Assembly (NCBI RefSeq): GCF_963921235.1
Contig: NC_086117.1
Location: forward strand, 25,730,001-25,794,000
Direction: 5' to 3'
Origin: Mobula hypostoma
Lineage: Eukaryota
DNA length: 64,000 nt
Numbering within the stretch: position 1 is the first letter of the stretch; every line of letters begins with the position of its first letter. Below the pieces are notes generated by a model. The model was given only the letters and a program-made list of their open reading frames with translations, was not told where the DNA came from and did not search any database. Positions 13,879 to 27,670 of the stretch are shown piece by piece. A program made the position numbers and the translations under genes.

Positions 13879-16800
13879 CTGCCGAGACACAGAAGCAGAC
13901 CAAAGTGACGAAGGGGGACAGTTTTGTGATCTAACTACTTGGCTGAATAAGAGACTTTATTCCCTACAGTGTGTGTGAAAATGAGGGGAGATTAAAGTTC
14001 AAAGTACATTTTATCAAAAGTATGTATACATTATACCTTGAGATTCATCTCTTAACAGGTAGCCACAAAATAAAGAAACCCAAAAAGAAAACTCCATGTA
14101 TATGAAAGACTGTTGATAACACCCAATTGCAGGGAATAAAAAAGCATCATGTCCATAAGAAAACAAAAGAATATTATAACCCCTAAAAAGACTGTCGAAC
14201 ACCCGACATGCAATGGAGAGAGAAAAAACATGCAAACAGTAACCACAAGCAAATAGTGTTTCTGAACTGAAGTTCACAAGAGAGTCCCATAGTTCAGTGC
14301 AGAGTCGAGTAAACGCTGTGGAGCAATGATCTGAACCAGCCCATACCTCGCCTTAGGCCCCAACACCCTGAACTTTTCAATCAAGATCTTTTCAACCTGA
14401 CTTTTTTTAAAATCAAGATTTGATAAGAGTATACAAAATTATGAGGGGCACAGATTGGGTAAATGCAAGCAGGTTCTCTCCCACCCACCCCCCCCCCCCC
14501 ACCGAGGTTGGGTGAGACTAGAACTAGAGGTCATGGATTAAAGTTGAAAGGTGAAATGTTTAAGGAGAACCTGAGGCGGAATTTCTTCACTCACATGGTG
14601 GTGGGAGTGTATAATGAGCCGCCAGTGGAATTGCTGGATGTAGATTCAATTTCAACACTTTCAACAAAGAAATTTGCATAGGTACATGGACTGAAGGGGT
14701 ATGGATGGCAATGGTCCAGGTGCAGGTCAATGAGACTGGGTGGATTAATAGCTCGGCATAGCCTAGATGGGCTAAAGGGCCTGTTTCAGTGCTGTAGTAT
14801 TCTATGACTACAAGGTGGAGAAGGGATTGATTTTAATAGTTAAATTTTGGACAATTCTACCCAGAAAGCATGTTTCCTTTAGATAAGTATCAGTGGTTTT
14901 TGATATTTGGAAAATTGCCCAAGTATGCCCTGTTCATAAAAAGCAGGACAGATTGAGTACAGCTAATAATCACTAAATCTGCATGTGATGAAAGTGTCTT
15001 TGACAGTACTATCAATTAAAGTCACTCTCCAATAACCTGATCAAGTGTCCAGCCTGGTTTTGCCGTAACCACCCAGCTCCACAAAACTTGGTCGAAGTTG
15101 AATGTCAGAGTTGAAAGTGAGTGATCACCTCTGACGCCAAGGGAGCAATTGACCAAATGGCATTGAGGAGCCCTGGTAAAAATGAAATTAGTGGGCAAAA
15201 GACAAAACAAACTTAGTACAAAAAGGATGACGATTACAGATATTGGAGTTCATCGTGCTGTTGCAGGAATTCCTCAGGGTAGCACCAATACCCATTTTTT
15301 ATCTGCTTCATCAGTCGCCTTCTTTCCTTCACAATAAAGAGATGTGTTCGAACATTATAGCACGGGAACAAGCTCTTCGGCCTATGATGTTGTGCTGAAT
15401 TAATTAATCTAATGATCCCCAATTACACTAATACCTTATACCTGCAAATGGTCTACATCACTCCATTCCCTGCATATTCATGTACCAAATAGTTGTCTTC
15501 CCCACAAAAGACAAATATGCTTTGGCCCACTACCATTTTGCTGTTTCTATTCCACGAGCAACTCCTCAGTGATGATACGATCCACACCTCCATTCACCAA
15601 GACATGGACGTCATTTTGGCAGAGACTTGTACATGGAAGTGCCAGTCAATGATCATGTCCAATCATTCAGTATTACCATCACTGAATGCCCCACTGCCAT
15701 TGTCCTGGTATGGGTGTCACTTAATTGTACCAGCCACATAAAAATAGCAGCTCAGAGTCCGGAAACCATCATCTCAATGACTCGTCTCCCGACACCCAAG
15801 CCTCTCCACCTTCTACACGGCACGTCAGGAACGTAATAGAATACTCTACACTTTCCTGGATGGAGTCCGCAGGAACCATCAAGGACAAAGCAGTCCTTCC
15901 ACCAAAGCCGCAGAGCATATCATCTGTAGACAAAGTCAAACAGAACCTCCCAAATCTATGTCCTCCACCACCAAAGAAGAAGCAAAAGGCGTAAGGTAAC
16001 AGCACTGGCTTCTGGCTTCACTCCAGGTTGCACACAATCCTGACTTGGAAATACGCCACTATTCATCGTCATCGCTAAATCCTTTAATTTCCCATCCCAA
16101 ATCATTTCAGAGGTACCTTCAGCAGAAGGCACTACAGCAGTTCAAAAACGATGCTTACTGCCACATTCCCAAGCATAACTGGACATGAGCAATAAATGCT
16201 CTACTTGCTAGGGATGTCAGAATGCAAACAATGAATGTTAAGAATTTCATGTTCATGCAGATGTATATCTGATTGCAAAGATCCTGAACACATTGATGGA
16301 TTTCTTCCAGGGAAGTTGGCTGCATGTGGAGTGGTTCGGTGGACTGTTTGTGCAGCAGCTGCAAGTCCCCAGTATTTAAAATGGGGAATCTACTCAGACG
16401 TCTTATATCTGCTCATCTATTTAAAAGAAGATTTTACAGTTGTAGTGAATACACTTTTAAAAAAAACACTTATGTTTGTGGGAAGCGCAGGAACACCCAG
16501 GTTTGTAACTAGTTCAATTCCTTTCATAAGTTCTTGTGTAGAGTTGCCAATTCTGATCTTAGAAGTGGTTTCAATCTTTAAAAAGTATTTAAAAATTACT
16601 TAAATAAAATGCCCTTTCAGTGTTGTGTATCTAATGTTACATGCCTGAAACCGCTGCTGCAAATTTTCATTGCACCTGGGCATACGTGTCTGTACTTGTG
16701 CCAAGACAATGAACTTGACTTTGACTTTGAATAGCAGAAGAGGCATGGTGGACTGACTGGTTTATTTGAGGTACTATGTTCCAGTGAACAGAAGTGTTCT

Positions 16801-17658
16801 ACGAGGCAGAGAAGAATACTGCTATGATGCCCTACAGAATGTTTGTGCCGCACAAAACACAGATGCAGCTCTAGACGAAACATGCAAGGTGGAGATGGGA
16901 GTTTGTGGATACAAAACAGAGACCAACTTCACTTCATTCTGGGACACAATCAGTGATACCATTAATATGGGATTGGCCAGGATCACCTGCTACTCAACGT
17001 TCTAGGGCTGAGGTAAAGTACGCGCTCAGAAGGATACAAAATGTTACTAGGTTTTTAAAATAACATTTAAAGTAGCATACAGAATTGTGGGCTTTATAGT
17101 TTGGAGCATAAAAATATAAAAGGAAATTGTGCTAAATTTTTTTTTACGAATCTATATTAAGCAAAAGATATTGATCCATTTCTATGCATTACACCAAGAG
17201 AGTTGTTAGGGCTTTGGAAGGGTGTGGAGCAGATCAACTTGAATAGTAATGTTAGAGCTCGGTTAGTGTGGACTGCGGAAAATTGGCTCAGTCTCCACAC
17301 AACTGCAAAGCTTAAGGGGGTTTAAAAGAGATTTTCAAAATTAATAAGACATTTTGATAACTGTCTTAATGGAAGTTAAAAGAAGTAGCAAAAAGAAGAT
17401 AAAAGTACATTTTTTTTTAAAAGTTCAGCATGTTGCTATGAGCTGTTATAATGCATTGGAAAGGATGGCGGAAGCAAATTCCATGGTAACCTTTAAAGGG
17501 AGATTGATACATATTAAAGGAGGGAAAAAAATGAGCTTTTTCAACGAGTGAGCACAACAATGCTGAGGCAAAGAGTTTCTTTTCTATGGTGTAAAATTCC
17601 ACTTTTAGATACACAGGGAATATTGAGTATGTTGGATCTGAGATGACGTTATTCATAC

Positions 17659-17781
17659 CTGTAATAAGCCAGCTGCAAAGCAACCTGGATAAACGCATCT
17701 GGGCTCAACTTCTGGGACTTCACGCATTCTTTCCCAAAATGCTGGAACACAAAGCATTTTATATCCACATCACGCACCATC
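17659..17781 (-). CDS. CRAT: CRAT exon 10 (MVRDVDIKCFVFQHFGKECVKSQKLSPDAFIQVALQLAYYR)
   Basis: SPDAFIQ-ALQLAYY motif; 123 nt. Confidence 0.96.
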
Positions 17782-17929
17782 CTAGTAAGAAAGGAAGACA
17801 ACCATTAGTCTCAAATCACCTTCAAATGACATTGGCATTTTCCCCAACCTCTGCCATTACGTTCATTGTATCACAATGCAATTATGTGTGATGGTTCTCC
17901 CAGCAGTAGCAGTACTTCATGTGCAAATG

Positions 17930-18660
17930 CAGTCAATACTGGATGGGCTATTCAAATGTTTAATGTTGGTTAATGGGGAATATATTGCGAGGTTATTTCA
18001 GTGTGGCGAGAGGTGACTAATGGAGTGCCAAGGTGCGTGCACCTCAGCTATTTACAATCTACACCACCGATTTAGATCATAGGACCAAATTTAATCCTTC
18101 CAAGTTTGCTGATAATGAGGAGCAAGGTGAGAGAAAAAAAAAACTGTCAAGAGAACAGAAAGAGTGTACAAAGAAATACCAACAGAATAAGTGAACGAGT
18201 AGAAAGTTATCATGGAATACAATGTGGGAAAATGTGACATCGTTCAACTTGATCTGAAGTCTGGCAAATATTTTTACGTTGTGGGAAACAGGTAATCATT
18301 TGTATTCAGAGGGATCTGGATCTGGGCCCTTTGCAAATGGATCACAAAAAAAAGGTACAGCAATTATTAGGAAACATACAATATATTTGTCTTTATTGCA
18401 AAAGGGTTGGAAGAATTTTCTACATTTACGTAGGAGTTTTGTGGGTCTACACCACCAGAACAGTGTTTTTGGTCTTACCCAAGGAGAAGGTTACAACAGA
18501 AATTCAGTTGATTGATTCCTGGGTGAAGAGAAGAGGGAGGAGAATTGAGTCTATACGCAACTTAGAATGAGAAACTCGTAGTCTTTGTGGGATAGCTCTT
18601 TAATACAAGAATAAAAGTGAAACAACATCTTGAAGAAAATTGGAAGGTTGGGCATCTATG
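17930..18660 (+). mobile_element. Old degenerate CR1 RT fragment
   Basis: Residual GVP, FTIY, SKFAD and MEYNVGKC-like coding with many indels. Confidence 0.65.
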
Positions 18661-18715
18661 GAACTCTACAGAGTGGGAAAGTGGATTTGATGTAAAAGTT
18701 CAGGAGACTTATTAT

Positions 18716-20525
18716 AGACAAATGTAGGTCCATGCAGACAGAAACAGGTGAATTGATTATGGGGAGCAAGGACATGGCAGACCAATTGAATAATTACTTT
18801 GGTTCTGTCTTCACTAAGGAGGACATAAATAATCTTCCAGAAATAGTAAGGGACAGAGGGTCCAGTGAGATGGAGGAACTGAGCGAAATACATGTTAGTA
18901 GGGAAGTGGTGTTAGGTAAATTGAAGGGACTGAAGGCAGATAAATCCCCAGGGCCAGATGGTCTGCATCCTAGAGTGCTTAAGGAAGTAGCCCAAGAAAT
19001 AGTGGATGCATTAGTGATAATTTTTCAAAACTCTTTAGATTCTGGACTAGTTCCTGAGGATTGGAGGGTGGCTAATGTAACCCCACTTTTTAAAAAAGGA
19101 GGGAGAGAGAAACCAGGGAATTATAGACCAGTTAGCCTGATATCGGTGGTGGGGAAACTGCTGGAGTCAGTTATCAAGGATGTGATAACAGCACATTTGG
19201 AAAGTGGTGAAATGATCGGACAAAGTCAGCATGGATTTGTGAAAGGAAAATCATGTCTGACGAATCTCATAGAATTTTTTGAGGATGTAACTAGTAGAGT
19301 GGATAGGGGAGAACCAGTGGATGTGGTATATTTGGATTTTCAAAAGGCTTTTGACAAGGTCCCACACAGGAGATTAGTGTGCAAACTTAAAGCACACAGT
19401 ATTGGGGGTAAAGTATTGGTGTGGGTGGAGAATTGGTTAGCAGACAGGAAGCAAAGAGTGGGAATAAACGGGACCTTTTCAGAATGGCAGGCGGTGACTA
19501 GTGGGGTACCGCAAGGCTCAGTGCTGGGACCCCAGTTGTTTACAATATATATTAATGACTTGGATGAGGGAATTAAATGCAGCATCTCCAAGTTTGCGGA
19601 TGACACGAAGCTGGGTGGCAGTGTTAGCTGTGAGGAGGATGCTAAGAGGATGCAGGGTGACTTGGATAGGTTGGGTGAGTGGGCAAATTCATGGCAGATG
19701 CAATTTAATGTGGATAAATGTGAAGTTATCCACTTTGGTGGCAAAAATAGGAAAACAGATTATTATCTGAATGGTGGCCGATTAGGAAAAGGGGAGGTGC
19801 AACGAGACCTGGGTGTCATTATACACCAGTCATTGAAAGTGGGCATGCAGGTACAGCAGGCGGTGAAAAAGGCGAATGGTATGCTGGCATTTATAGCAAG
19901 AGGATTCGAGTACAGGAGCAGGGAGGTACTACTGCAGTTGTACAAGGCCTTGGTGAGACCACACCTGGAGTATTGTGTGCAGTTTTGGTCCCCTAATCTG
20001 AGGAAAGACATCTTTGCCATAGAGGGAGTACAAAGAAGGTTCACCAGATTGATTCCTGGGATGGCAGGACTTTCATATGAAGAAAGACTGGATGAACTGG
20101 GCTTATACTCGTTGGAATTTAGAAGATTGAGGGGGGATCTGATTGAAACGTATAAGATCCTAAAGGGATTGGACAGGCTAGATGCAGGAAGATTGTTCCC
20201 GATGTTGGGGAAGTCCAGAACGAGGGGCCACAGTTTGAGGATAGAGGGGAAGCCTTTTAGGACTGAGATTAGGAAAAACTTCTTCACACAGAGAGTGGTG
20301 AATCTGTGGAATTCTCTGCCACAGGAAACAGTTGAGGCCAGTTCATTGGCTATATTTAAGAGGGAGTTAGATATGGCCCTTGTGGCTACGGGGGTCAGGG
20401 GGTATGGAGGGAAGGCTGGGGCGGGGTTCTGAGTTGGATGATCAGCCATGATCATAATAAATGGCGGTGCAGGCTCGAAGGGCCGAATGGCCTACTCCTG
20501 CACCTATTTTCTATGTTTCTATGTA
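18716..20525 (+). mobile_element. 5'-truncated young CR1 LINE with an uninterrupted 566-aa RT ORF (18732-20432)
   Basis: KSPGPDG, NYRPVSL, YLDFQKAFDKV, GVPQGSVLGP and KFADDTK motifs; (CTATGTTT)n tail; no endonuclease domain. Confidence 0.95.
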
Positions 20526-21131
20526 ACAACAGAATGACATTGAAAGGCCATTTGTTTATGCCATTCCTTTTCATTATTGCAGAAGAAACCAATCCTGCTC
20601 TTACTGAATTTGTGCACACATCACAAGGGGTTGTTGGATAGCAGTAAAAGAAAGGAATTCTGACTTTTCTCCTCACTTCCTCCCCCCCCCCACCAACTTC
20701 CACACATGATCTGGGCATCCCAAGCCAATGGCAGCATAACCACCCCCTTCTCAAACCCCACCAGCTGCTTTGGGGGCAAGATGAAAGTAAAATGGGGCAG
20801 TGTATCTTGGTGGTTGGTGTGACTTGGTATTATGAGTACAACCACCTCCTCCGAAGAATAATCAACTCTTTCCAAGTGACAGCGGGCAGCTCCCCAGCAT
20901 TCTGTCCAAACTGCCTACCATCCTCACTCAGACATACATTATTTCTGGGAAGAGATCCTGGGATTCCCTTCCTCACAGCAGTCAGGGAACACCTTCACTA
21001 CACAGGACTGCACCAATGCAAAAAATCAACCTGCTGTCATGTTAAGCACATTTAAGGGGATGGAGAAATAAATACTAACTTTGCCAGTGGCATCCACAAC
21101 CCCACTAAGAGTTAAAAAAAAAAGCTCTCAC

Positions 21132-21251
21132 ATGTTGAGGTTCTGCTTTGCTTTCTCAATGTCCCTCTTTATGTCAGGTGTGATATTGAAACGGAGCTTC
21201 CGAGGCATGGCCAATGGAATCATAGGAGAACGAACCATCTCCAAGGTGTTG
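21132..21251 (-). CDS. CRAT: CRAT exon 9 (NTLEMVRSPMIPLAMPRKLRFNITPDIKRDIEKAKQNLN)
   Basis: 120 nt; matches CRAT; donor GTGAGA. Confidence 0.95.
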
Positions 21252-21384
21252 CTGGAATTTAAAAAAAATGCACTGATCACTTGACTATGTAGCACTCCTA
21301 TAGAATTTACAGAGAAAACATGCCATTTGGCCCAATGTTACATCATCCTATTTCTTATGCCTCAGCAAGATCTAGAAAAACGCG

Positions 21385-22542
21385 TCCATGCATTTATTTT
21401 TAGTAGGCTCGACTGCTGTAATGAAGTTTTCACAGGTCTCTGTAAAAGATCCCTCAGACAGCTGCAGCTCATTCAGAACACTGCTGCTAGTCTTCACTAA
21501 GACTAAGAAAGTAGAACACATCACCCCAGTTCCCAGATCACTACACTGGCTTCCTGTCCATCAGAGGACTGACTTTAAAGTACAAACAATTACTGCAACA
21601 CTCTCAACATGCTGGAGGAACTCAGCAAGTCGGGCAGCATCCGTGGAAACGATGAGTTGATGTTTCGGACCGGAACCCTTCATCAAGACTGTAGGGGGAA
21701 GGGGCAGAGGCCCTATAAAGAAAGTGGGGGGAGGGTGGGAAGGAGAAGGCTGGTAGGTTCCAGGTGAAAAACCAGTAAGGGGAAAGATAAAGGGGTGGGG
21801 GAAGGGAGGCAGGGAGGTGATAGGCAGGAAAGGTGAAGAAGGAATAGGGGAAAACACAATGGGTAGTAGGAGGTGGAACCATGAGGGAGGTGATAGGCAG
21901 CTGGGGGAGGGGGCAGAGTGAAACAGGGATAGAGGAAGGGAGGGGAAGGGAATTACCAGAAGTTGGAGAATTCTATGTTCATACCAAGGGGCTGGAGACT
22001 ACCTAGATGTTATATGAGGTGTTGCTCCTCCAACCTGAGTTTCACCTCATCATGGCAGTAGAGGAGGCCATGTATGGACATATCTGAATGGGAATGAGAA
22101 GTAGAGTTGAAGTGGGTGGCTACCGGGAGTGGTTTATAAAGCACTGAATGGTCGAGGGCCAAAATACATCTCTGATATCCTGCTACATTATGAACTTTCT
22201 TGAGCTCTCAGGTTGTCTGTGTGGGTCTGCTTACCGCCCCCAGGGTCAAAACAACATGGTGAAGCAGCTTTTAGTTACTAAGCTCCACAGATCTGGAATA
22301 ATCTGCCAGAGGATCTGAAGTCTGACCCAACTTTAAGCTCTTTTAAATTGAGGCTCAAAACTTTTCGCTGTAGCTTTTAATTAGAATCTCCTGCACTGTA
22401 ACTTCTATTTATCACATCTATTTTTTGTGGTATTTTATTCTCTCAAATATTGTCTGACATTTGATGTTTGGTTTTTATATTGTTCTATGTAAAGCACTTT
22501 GAACTGTTGTGTTTGAAAAGTGCTCTACGAATAAACTTGCTT
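21385..22542 (+). mobile_element. L2 LINE 3' fragment interrupted by a Penelope-derived insert
   Basis: HAF..SRLD.CN, LQLIQN and EHITPV.RSLHWLPV.QR.DFK motifs; tail ending AATAAACTTG. Confidence 0.85.
21592..22129 (-). mobile_element. Penelope-like 3' end plus terminal repeat
   Basis: Minus strand reads LPVATHFNSTSHSHSDMSIHGLLYC...RLEEQHLI..LGSLQP.GMN (PLE C-terminus), then a pyrimidine-rich tract and a hammerhead-like motif. Confidence 0.85.
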
Positions 22543-23279
22543 ATTTCCTACAAACATCTCCAGCCATCCTTTAAATATATTCGTTATTTGTTGTAATAAT
22601 TTTGTTGCACATTATAACTACTTGCCAGGTAAATAAAACTGAATTTCCTACTGGAAATATTCGTGGTTGTGTAAATATTCATGTTCCCCCCGCCACCACA
22701 TGGAGAAAAATAGTATATTTATCCTACTGAATTCCTTTCTGTTCGCCTCATCAAAGATGGAATCACAGTCAGCAGGTAAGAGAACTAGTTGCATCTCAAA
22801 CACTTTTCTTAATTAAGTCATGAAGCTGCAGCAGATAAGTGCTGACTAAAGTACAATTTCAAAAATAGTGAATTCCGTGTTTCCCCACTGTTAGTAGGAC
22901 CTGGCCGCAGGCAAATTAGTCGCAGCGTTAACCATATTACAACAGCAATTACATTTCAAAAGACATCCTGTTGGCTGTACTGCCCTATGGGAGACTTAAG
23001 GTTTTAACAGCTTGCTCTATAAATAGGAAACATTCTTGATACATATATTGTATATCTGGGATACAGCACTAAAGTAAAACCCTGATAAACCAGCACCCTT
23101 GGGACTATCGGATGGTAGACATGCAGATTTTCCAGATTATTGGATATTACTCCCATTTATAATCCAACACATTTAATTCACTTGAAGTGACTACCCAGTA
23201 GTACACAAGCTATACTGTGAAATCTGGAAGTTGAAAGGTAGCGTAGGAAATGGGACGAAGGCAGTTTAAAGGTAAGGGA

Positions 23280-23607
23280 ACCTGAATCTGTTGAACTTCC
23301 AGCGCAAGGAGATGTCCACGAGTGAAATCTGCTGACATCTGCTCAGGGATGCACTGAAGCTTGCAGCAGACAACTCAAAGGCTTCTTGGGAAAGATCAGT
23401 CAAGGACTGTGCTGCCACTGGATACCAAGGAGTGAGCCCTGTATAACAGACCGTCAGACATTTCATGGCTGTACTCATCAAGGAGACAACACGAATAGGC
23501 TTGGCACAGAATGCATTAAATTGATGGTAAAAAGATCATTGGGACAGACATGACCTTAGATGTATTTACAGTCAATTATAAATAAAATATATTTTTGAAA
23601 TAAAAAA
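23280..23607 (+). mobile_element. Tx1/L1-clade LINE 3' fragment
   Basis: LRDALKLAA...KASWE-like C-terminus followed by AATAAA and an A-rich tail. Confidence 0.55.
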
Positions 23608-23978
23608 TGTTTAGTGAGTGAAAGACACCGAGCCTGTAAGGCAGATGCCAAACCACTGGAATTTCTGGACAATGGGATTGTAGATCAACTGCAAACCGAG
23701 AACTCTTTCAATGAATGGCCTTCTTTAGTACAGCAAGGTTTTATAATATTAGTGATTGCCATCTGCCCTGCACTGATCAAGCCCTAGCAGGAGGTTAAAT
23801 GATCAGAACAGATATTTAGGGTTGGCTAGAGATGGTCAGACATCCACCCAATACGATGCCCACCCAAATATTGGAGAAAGTATGTGTTCTGATCCGTTTT
23901 CTCATTATGTGGGCTTTTCAACCAACACTGCCTCGATACCCCCCCCAATCTACTTCCTAAATAAACCAAGACTCTTAC

Positions 23979-24079
23979 CAATACTCAAAGACATGGTCCA
24001 ATAGAGCAACAATAGGAGGTCCTTCTGATGATGAATGCTCATAGACCAAACCACAAGATCCATCCTCTCCAATAATGAA
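23979..24079 (-). CDS. CRAT: CRAT exon 8, carrying the catalytic His (FIIGEDGSCGLVYEHSSSEGPPIVALLDHVFEYC)
   Basis: Translated by hand, absent from the ORF track; 101 nt; donor GTAAGA. Confidence 0.95.
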
Positions 24080-24449
24080 CTGTGGAAAACATATGAAAAG
24101 GCAACGTCGTTAGTGGGCTGTCTTGATGCATGAGTGACAGAGATGATGAAAGTACCATCAGTACCTCAGGATTTTTGACACTGATATTTTTAAATATGAA
24201 AAAGGAACAGAAAATTCAGCCGAGATTCTGACTTGATCATTATCCAGTGATCTCTACTGGAAATTGTGTGCTGGCTGAATTTCACTGAGAACAAAATCAG
24301 TTTCAACTAGAATGGCCCCTGTGTGAAGCCACTTGTCACAAGTGATATGATGGCACTATGCATCTCCCTCTGCAATGGATACTTATCCTCATCAGCAGAG
24401 CTCAACTGATGAGGATCGATAACATCTTCTCCTAAATGACCCCCAAAAC

Positions 24450-25461
24450 AGGTGCAGCTCGAGGCTGGTGCTTAGCCCTGCACTCTACTCTCTGTACGCA
24501 CGTGACTGTGTGGCTAAGCACAGCTGCATTGCCATATACAAATTTGCCAACAAAAGCACAATTGTTGGATGAATCACAGCTGGCGACGAGTCAGTATACA
24601 GAAGTGGGATAGGACACCTACTGTAGTTGAGAGGAGCTATAACAACAGACTCTTGCTGAACATCAGCAAAAGACTGATCGGTGACTTCAGGAAGGGGAAA
24701 CAGGGTGAACATACACCAATCCACACTGGGGGGAGAGGGGTTGGAGGGGCAGAAGAGAGAGGAAAAAAATCCAATGGTGGAGAAAATCAGTCATTTTAAA
24801 TTCCTGGGCATTAACATATCAGATAACCCATTTTGGACCTTGCAGATCATTGCAATCACAAGGAAAGCACACCAATGTCTTTACTTTCTTAGAAGACAGA
24901 GGTTTGGTATATCACCGAACACTCTACTAAACTTCGACAGATATACTGTTGAAAGTATACTGACTAGTTGCATTAAGGACTGGCATAGCAGTTCAAATGC
25001 GCAGGAACGCAAGGAGTTGCAGAGAGTAGTGGACTGAGCCAAATACATCACAGACACATCGATCCTCATCACTGGTAGTATCTGCATGAGGTACAGTCTC
25101 AAGGCGGCAACACCTAACAAAGATCTCACCACCTGGGCCGTGCAGCTACCATCAGGTGAGACATACAGAAGCTCGAAGTCTCATACCACCAAGTTCCAAA
25201 ACAAGGGAAGCTACTTCCCTTCAACCATTCAGTTCTTGAAGCAACCAGCACAACCCTAATCACTACCTTAGTATATCAACGCTATACTTTGATCACTTTG
25301 TACTAAAATTTAAATTTTTTGTCCTAATTATATTTTCTGTAGTTTATATTTCTCTCCTGAATACTGTTTATATATTATGTGCTTGTGGTACTATTGCAAA
25401 TAAAGTTTTCATTGCACCTGTGCACACCTGTACATATGACAATAAACTCGACTTTGACTTT
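24450..25461 (+). mobile_element. Rex1/Babar-type LINE 3' fragment (decayed)
   Basis: HDCVA, YKFA, FKFLGINISD and CLYFLRR...TVESILT motifs; tail AATAAACTCGACTTTGACTT. Confidence 0.8.
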
Positions 25462-25879
25462 CATTATAGATCTCTAACCAATACAAAACGGTAGCAGCTT
25501 TGGAGTTTTCTCACCCCATTAAGCCCACCCCCACCCCAATCTGTTTGCTTTATTGATATATTAGAACACCAAGAACCAGACAGTGAATACCAAAGTGCTG
25601 CTGGTATTAGGCTGCAGGAAGCCGATGCTCAGATACAAATAACTGAGTGGAGTAAACAAGGGAAGTGGAATTGAAATTGATCTTATTATTGTCACATGTA
25701 CTGAGTGGGATACGGTGAAAAGCTGGCCTTGCATACTGTTCATACAAGTCAAATCATTACACAGTTATTGAGGTCGAATAAGGTAATTAAAAATAATGCA
25801 GAATAAGCTAACAGCTACAGAGAAAGTGCAGTGCAGATAAACAAGCTGCAAGATCTTAACAAGGTAGATTGTGAGGTCA

Positions 25880-26860
25880 AGAGCTCCAACCTTGTACCGT
25901 ATTTAAGTTTGCTGATGGCATCACTGTTGTTGGTCGAATCAAAGCTGGTGACAAATCGGCATATAGGAGGGAGACTGAAAATCTGGTTGAATGGTGCCAT
26001 AACGCCATCTTCTCCTTCGACATCAGCAAAACCAAAGAGATTATTACTGACTACAGGAGGAAGCAGCCAGAGGCCCTCGATCAGTAGTTTTAAACTCCTT
26101 GGTGGTAACACATCAGAGGACCAATCCTGGGACAAGCGCACAAGTATCACAAAAGCGACACGACAGTACCTCCACTTCCTTAGACGCTTGCGCAGATTCC
26201 GCATGTCATCAAAATCTTTGACAAACTTCTATAGATGTGCAGTGGAGAGGATCCTAACTGGTTGCATCCCAGCCTAGAGTGGAAACACCAATGCCGAGGA
26301 ACAGAAAAGGCTACAGAAAGTGGTGGACATAGCCCAGACCATCACAGGCAAAGCCCTCCCCAGCACTGAATATATTTATCTGGAGCACTGCCACAAGAAA
26401 GCAGCGTCCATCATTAAACACCCCCACTATCCAGGCCACTGCATCTTCTTCCTACCGGCTTTGGGCAAGAAGTACAGTACAGAAGCCCCACACCACCACT
26501 CATACAAAATGATACAACATGGAAACAAGACCTTCAGCCACTGAGTCCATGTTAACCATCAAACATGATATCAATTTACACTAATCCTTCACCAAGTTCA
26601 CCAGGCTCCTGAACCAGCGTGTATAACTTCAGTCACACTATTCTGAACTACAGACCTAAGACCTATAGACACACTTTCAAGAATTTCTTACAGCTAATGC
26701 TTTCAGCATTTATTTTATTTGCACATTTGTTATCTATCTTTGCCTGTTTAATACAGTTTCTCATAAATTTTATTTGTATTTTTTTCTGTAAATGTCCACA
26801 AATAAACAAATCTCAAGGTAGTGCATGGTATATATATATATACACACACTTTGATAACAA
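25880..26860 (+). mobile_element. Rex1/Babar-type LINE 3' fragment
   Basis: FKLLG...LHFLRRLRRF.MS.K.LTNFYRC.VE.ILTGCI. Confidence 0.8.
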
Positions 26861-26889
26861 AGTTGTTTGCACGTTGATCTTACCGTACT

Positions 26890-27670
26890 AGGGAACCATT
26901 TAATATTTTTATAACAGCAGGATAGAAGCTGCCCTTGAGTCTGGTGGTTGGGACCTAAAGGTTTTTGTGTTTTCTGTCCCGCTGAACAACAGGGAAGAGA
27001 GAATGTCTGGAATAGGTGGGTTTTTGATACGAGGCAGGGAGAAGTGCATACAGAGTCCATGGAGGAGATGCTGGTTTCTGTGAGGTGCTGAGCTGTGTCC
27101 ATAACTCTACGGTTTCTTGAGGTACATACTGAGCAGCTGTGACACACCCAAATAGGATGCTTTCTATAGTGCATCAATAAAAGCTTAAGGGTTGATGGGG
27201 ATATGCCGAAACTCTTTAGTCTTGTGAAGAAGTAGAGGCATTGGTGAACATCTTTGGTTTTGGTCGAATCAGGACAGGCTGTTGGTGATGTTCACTCCTA
27301 GTAACTTGAAGCTCTCAACCTCAGCACCATTCACGTAGACAGGAGCAAGCACAATGCATCTCTTTTTGAAGTCAATGACCAGCTCTTTTTGTTTTGCTGA
27401 CTTTGAGGGAATGGGATGTTGTCACGACGCCATAAACCCTCTATTTCCTTCCTTTACTCCGACTCATCATTATTTGAGATACGACCCACTGCAGTGCTGT
27501 CATCTGGGGTTGGAGCAATATCTGATCATGCAGTCATGAGTGAACAGGGCGCTGAGGACACAACAGTGTGGAGCACCAGTGTTTAGAATAATCGTGGCAG
27601 AGGTGTTGCTGCCTTTCCTTACTGACTGTGGTCTATTGGTCAGCAAGTTAAGGATCCAGTTGCAGTGGGA
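26890..27670 (-). mobile_element. Rex1/Babar-type LINE fragment
   Basis: Degenerate antisense copy of the same RT 3' region. Confidence 0.7.

Noticed and set aside
19340-20455. Minus-strand ORFs of 134 and 230 aa
   Set aside because: Antisense shadows of the CR1 RT ORF.
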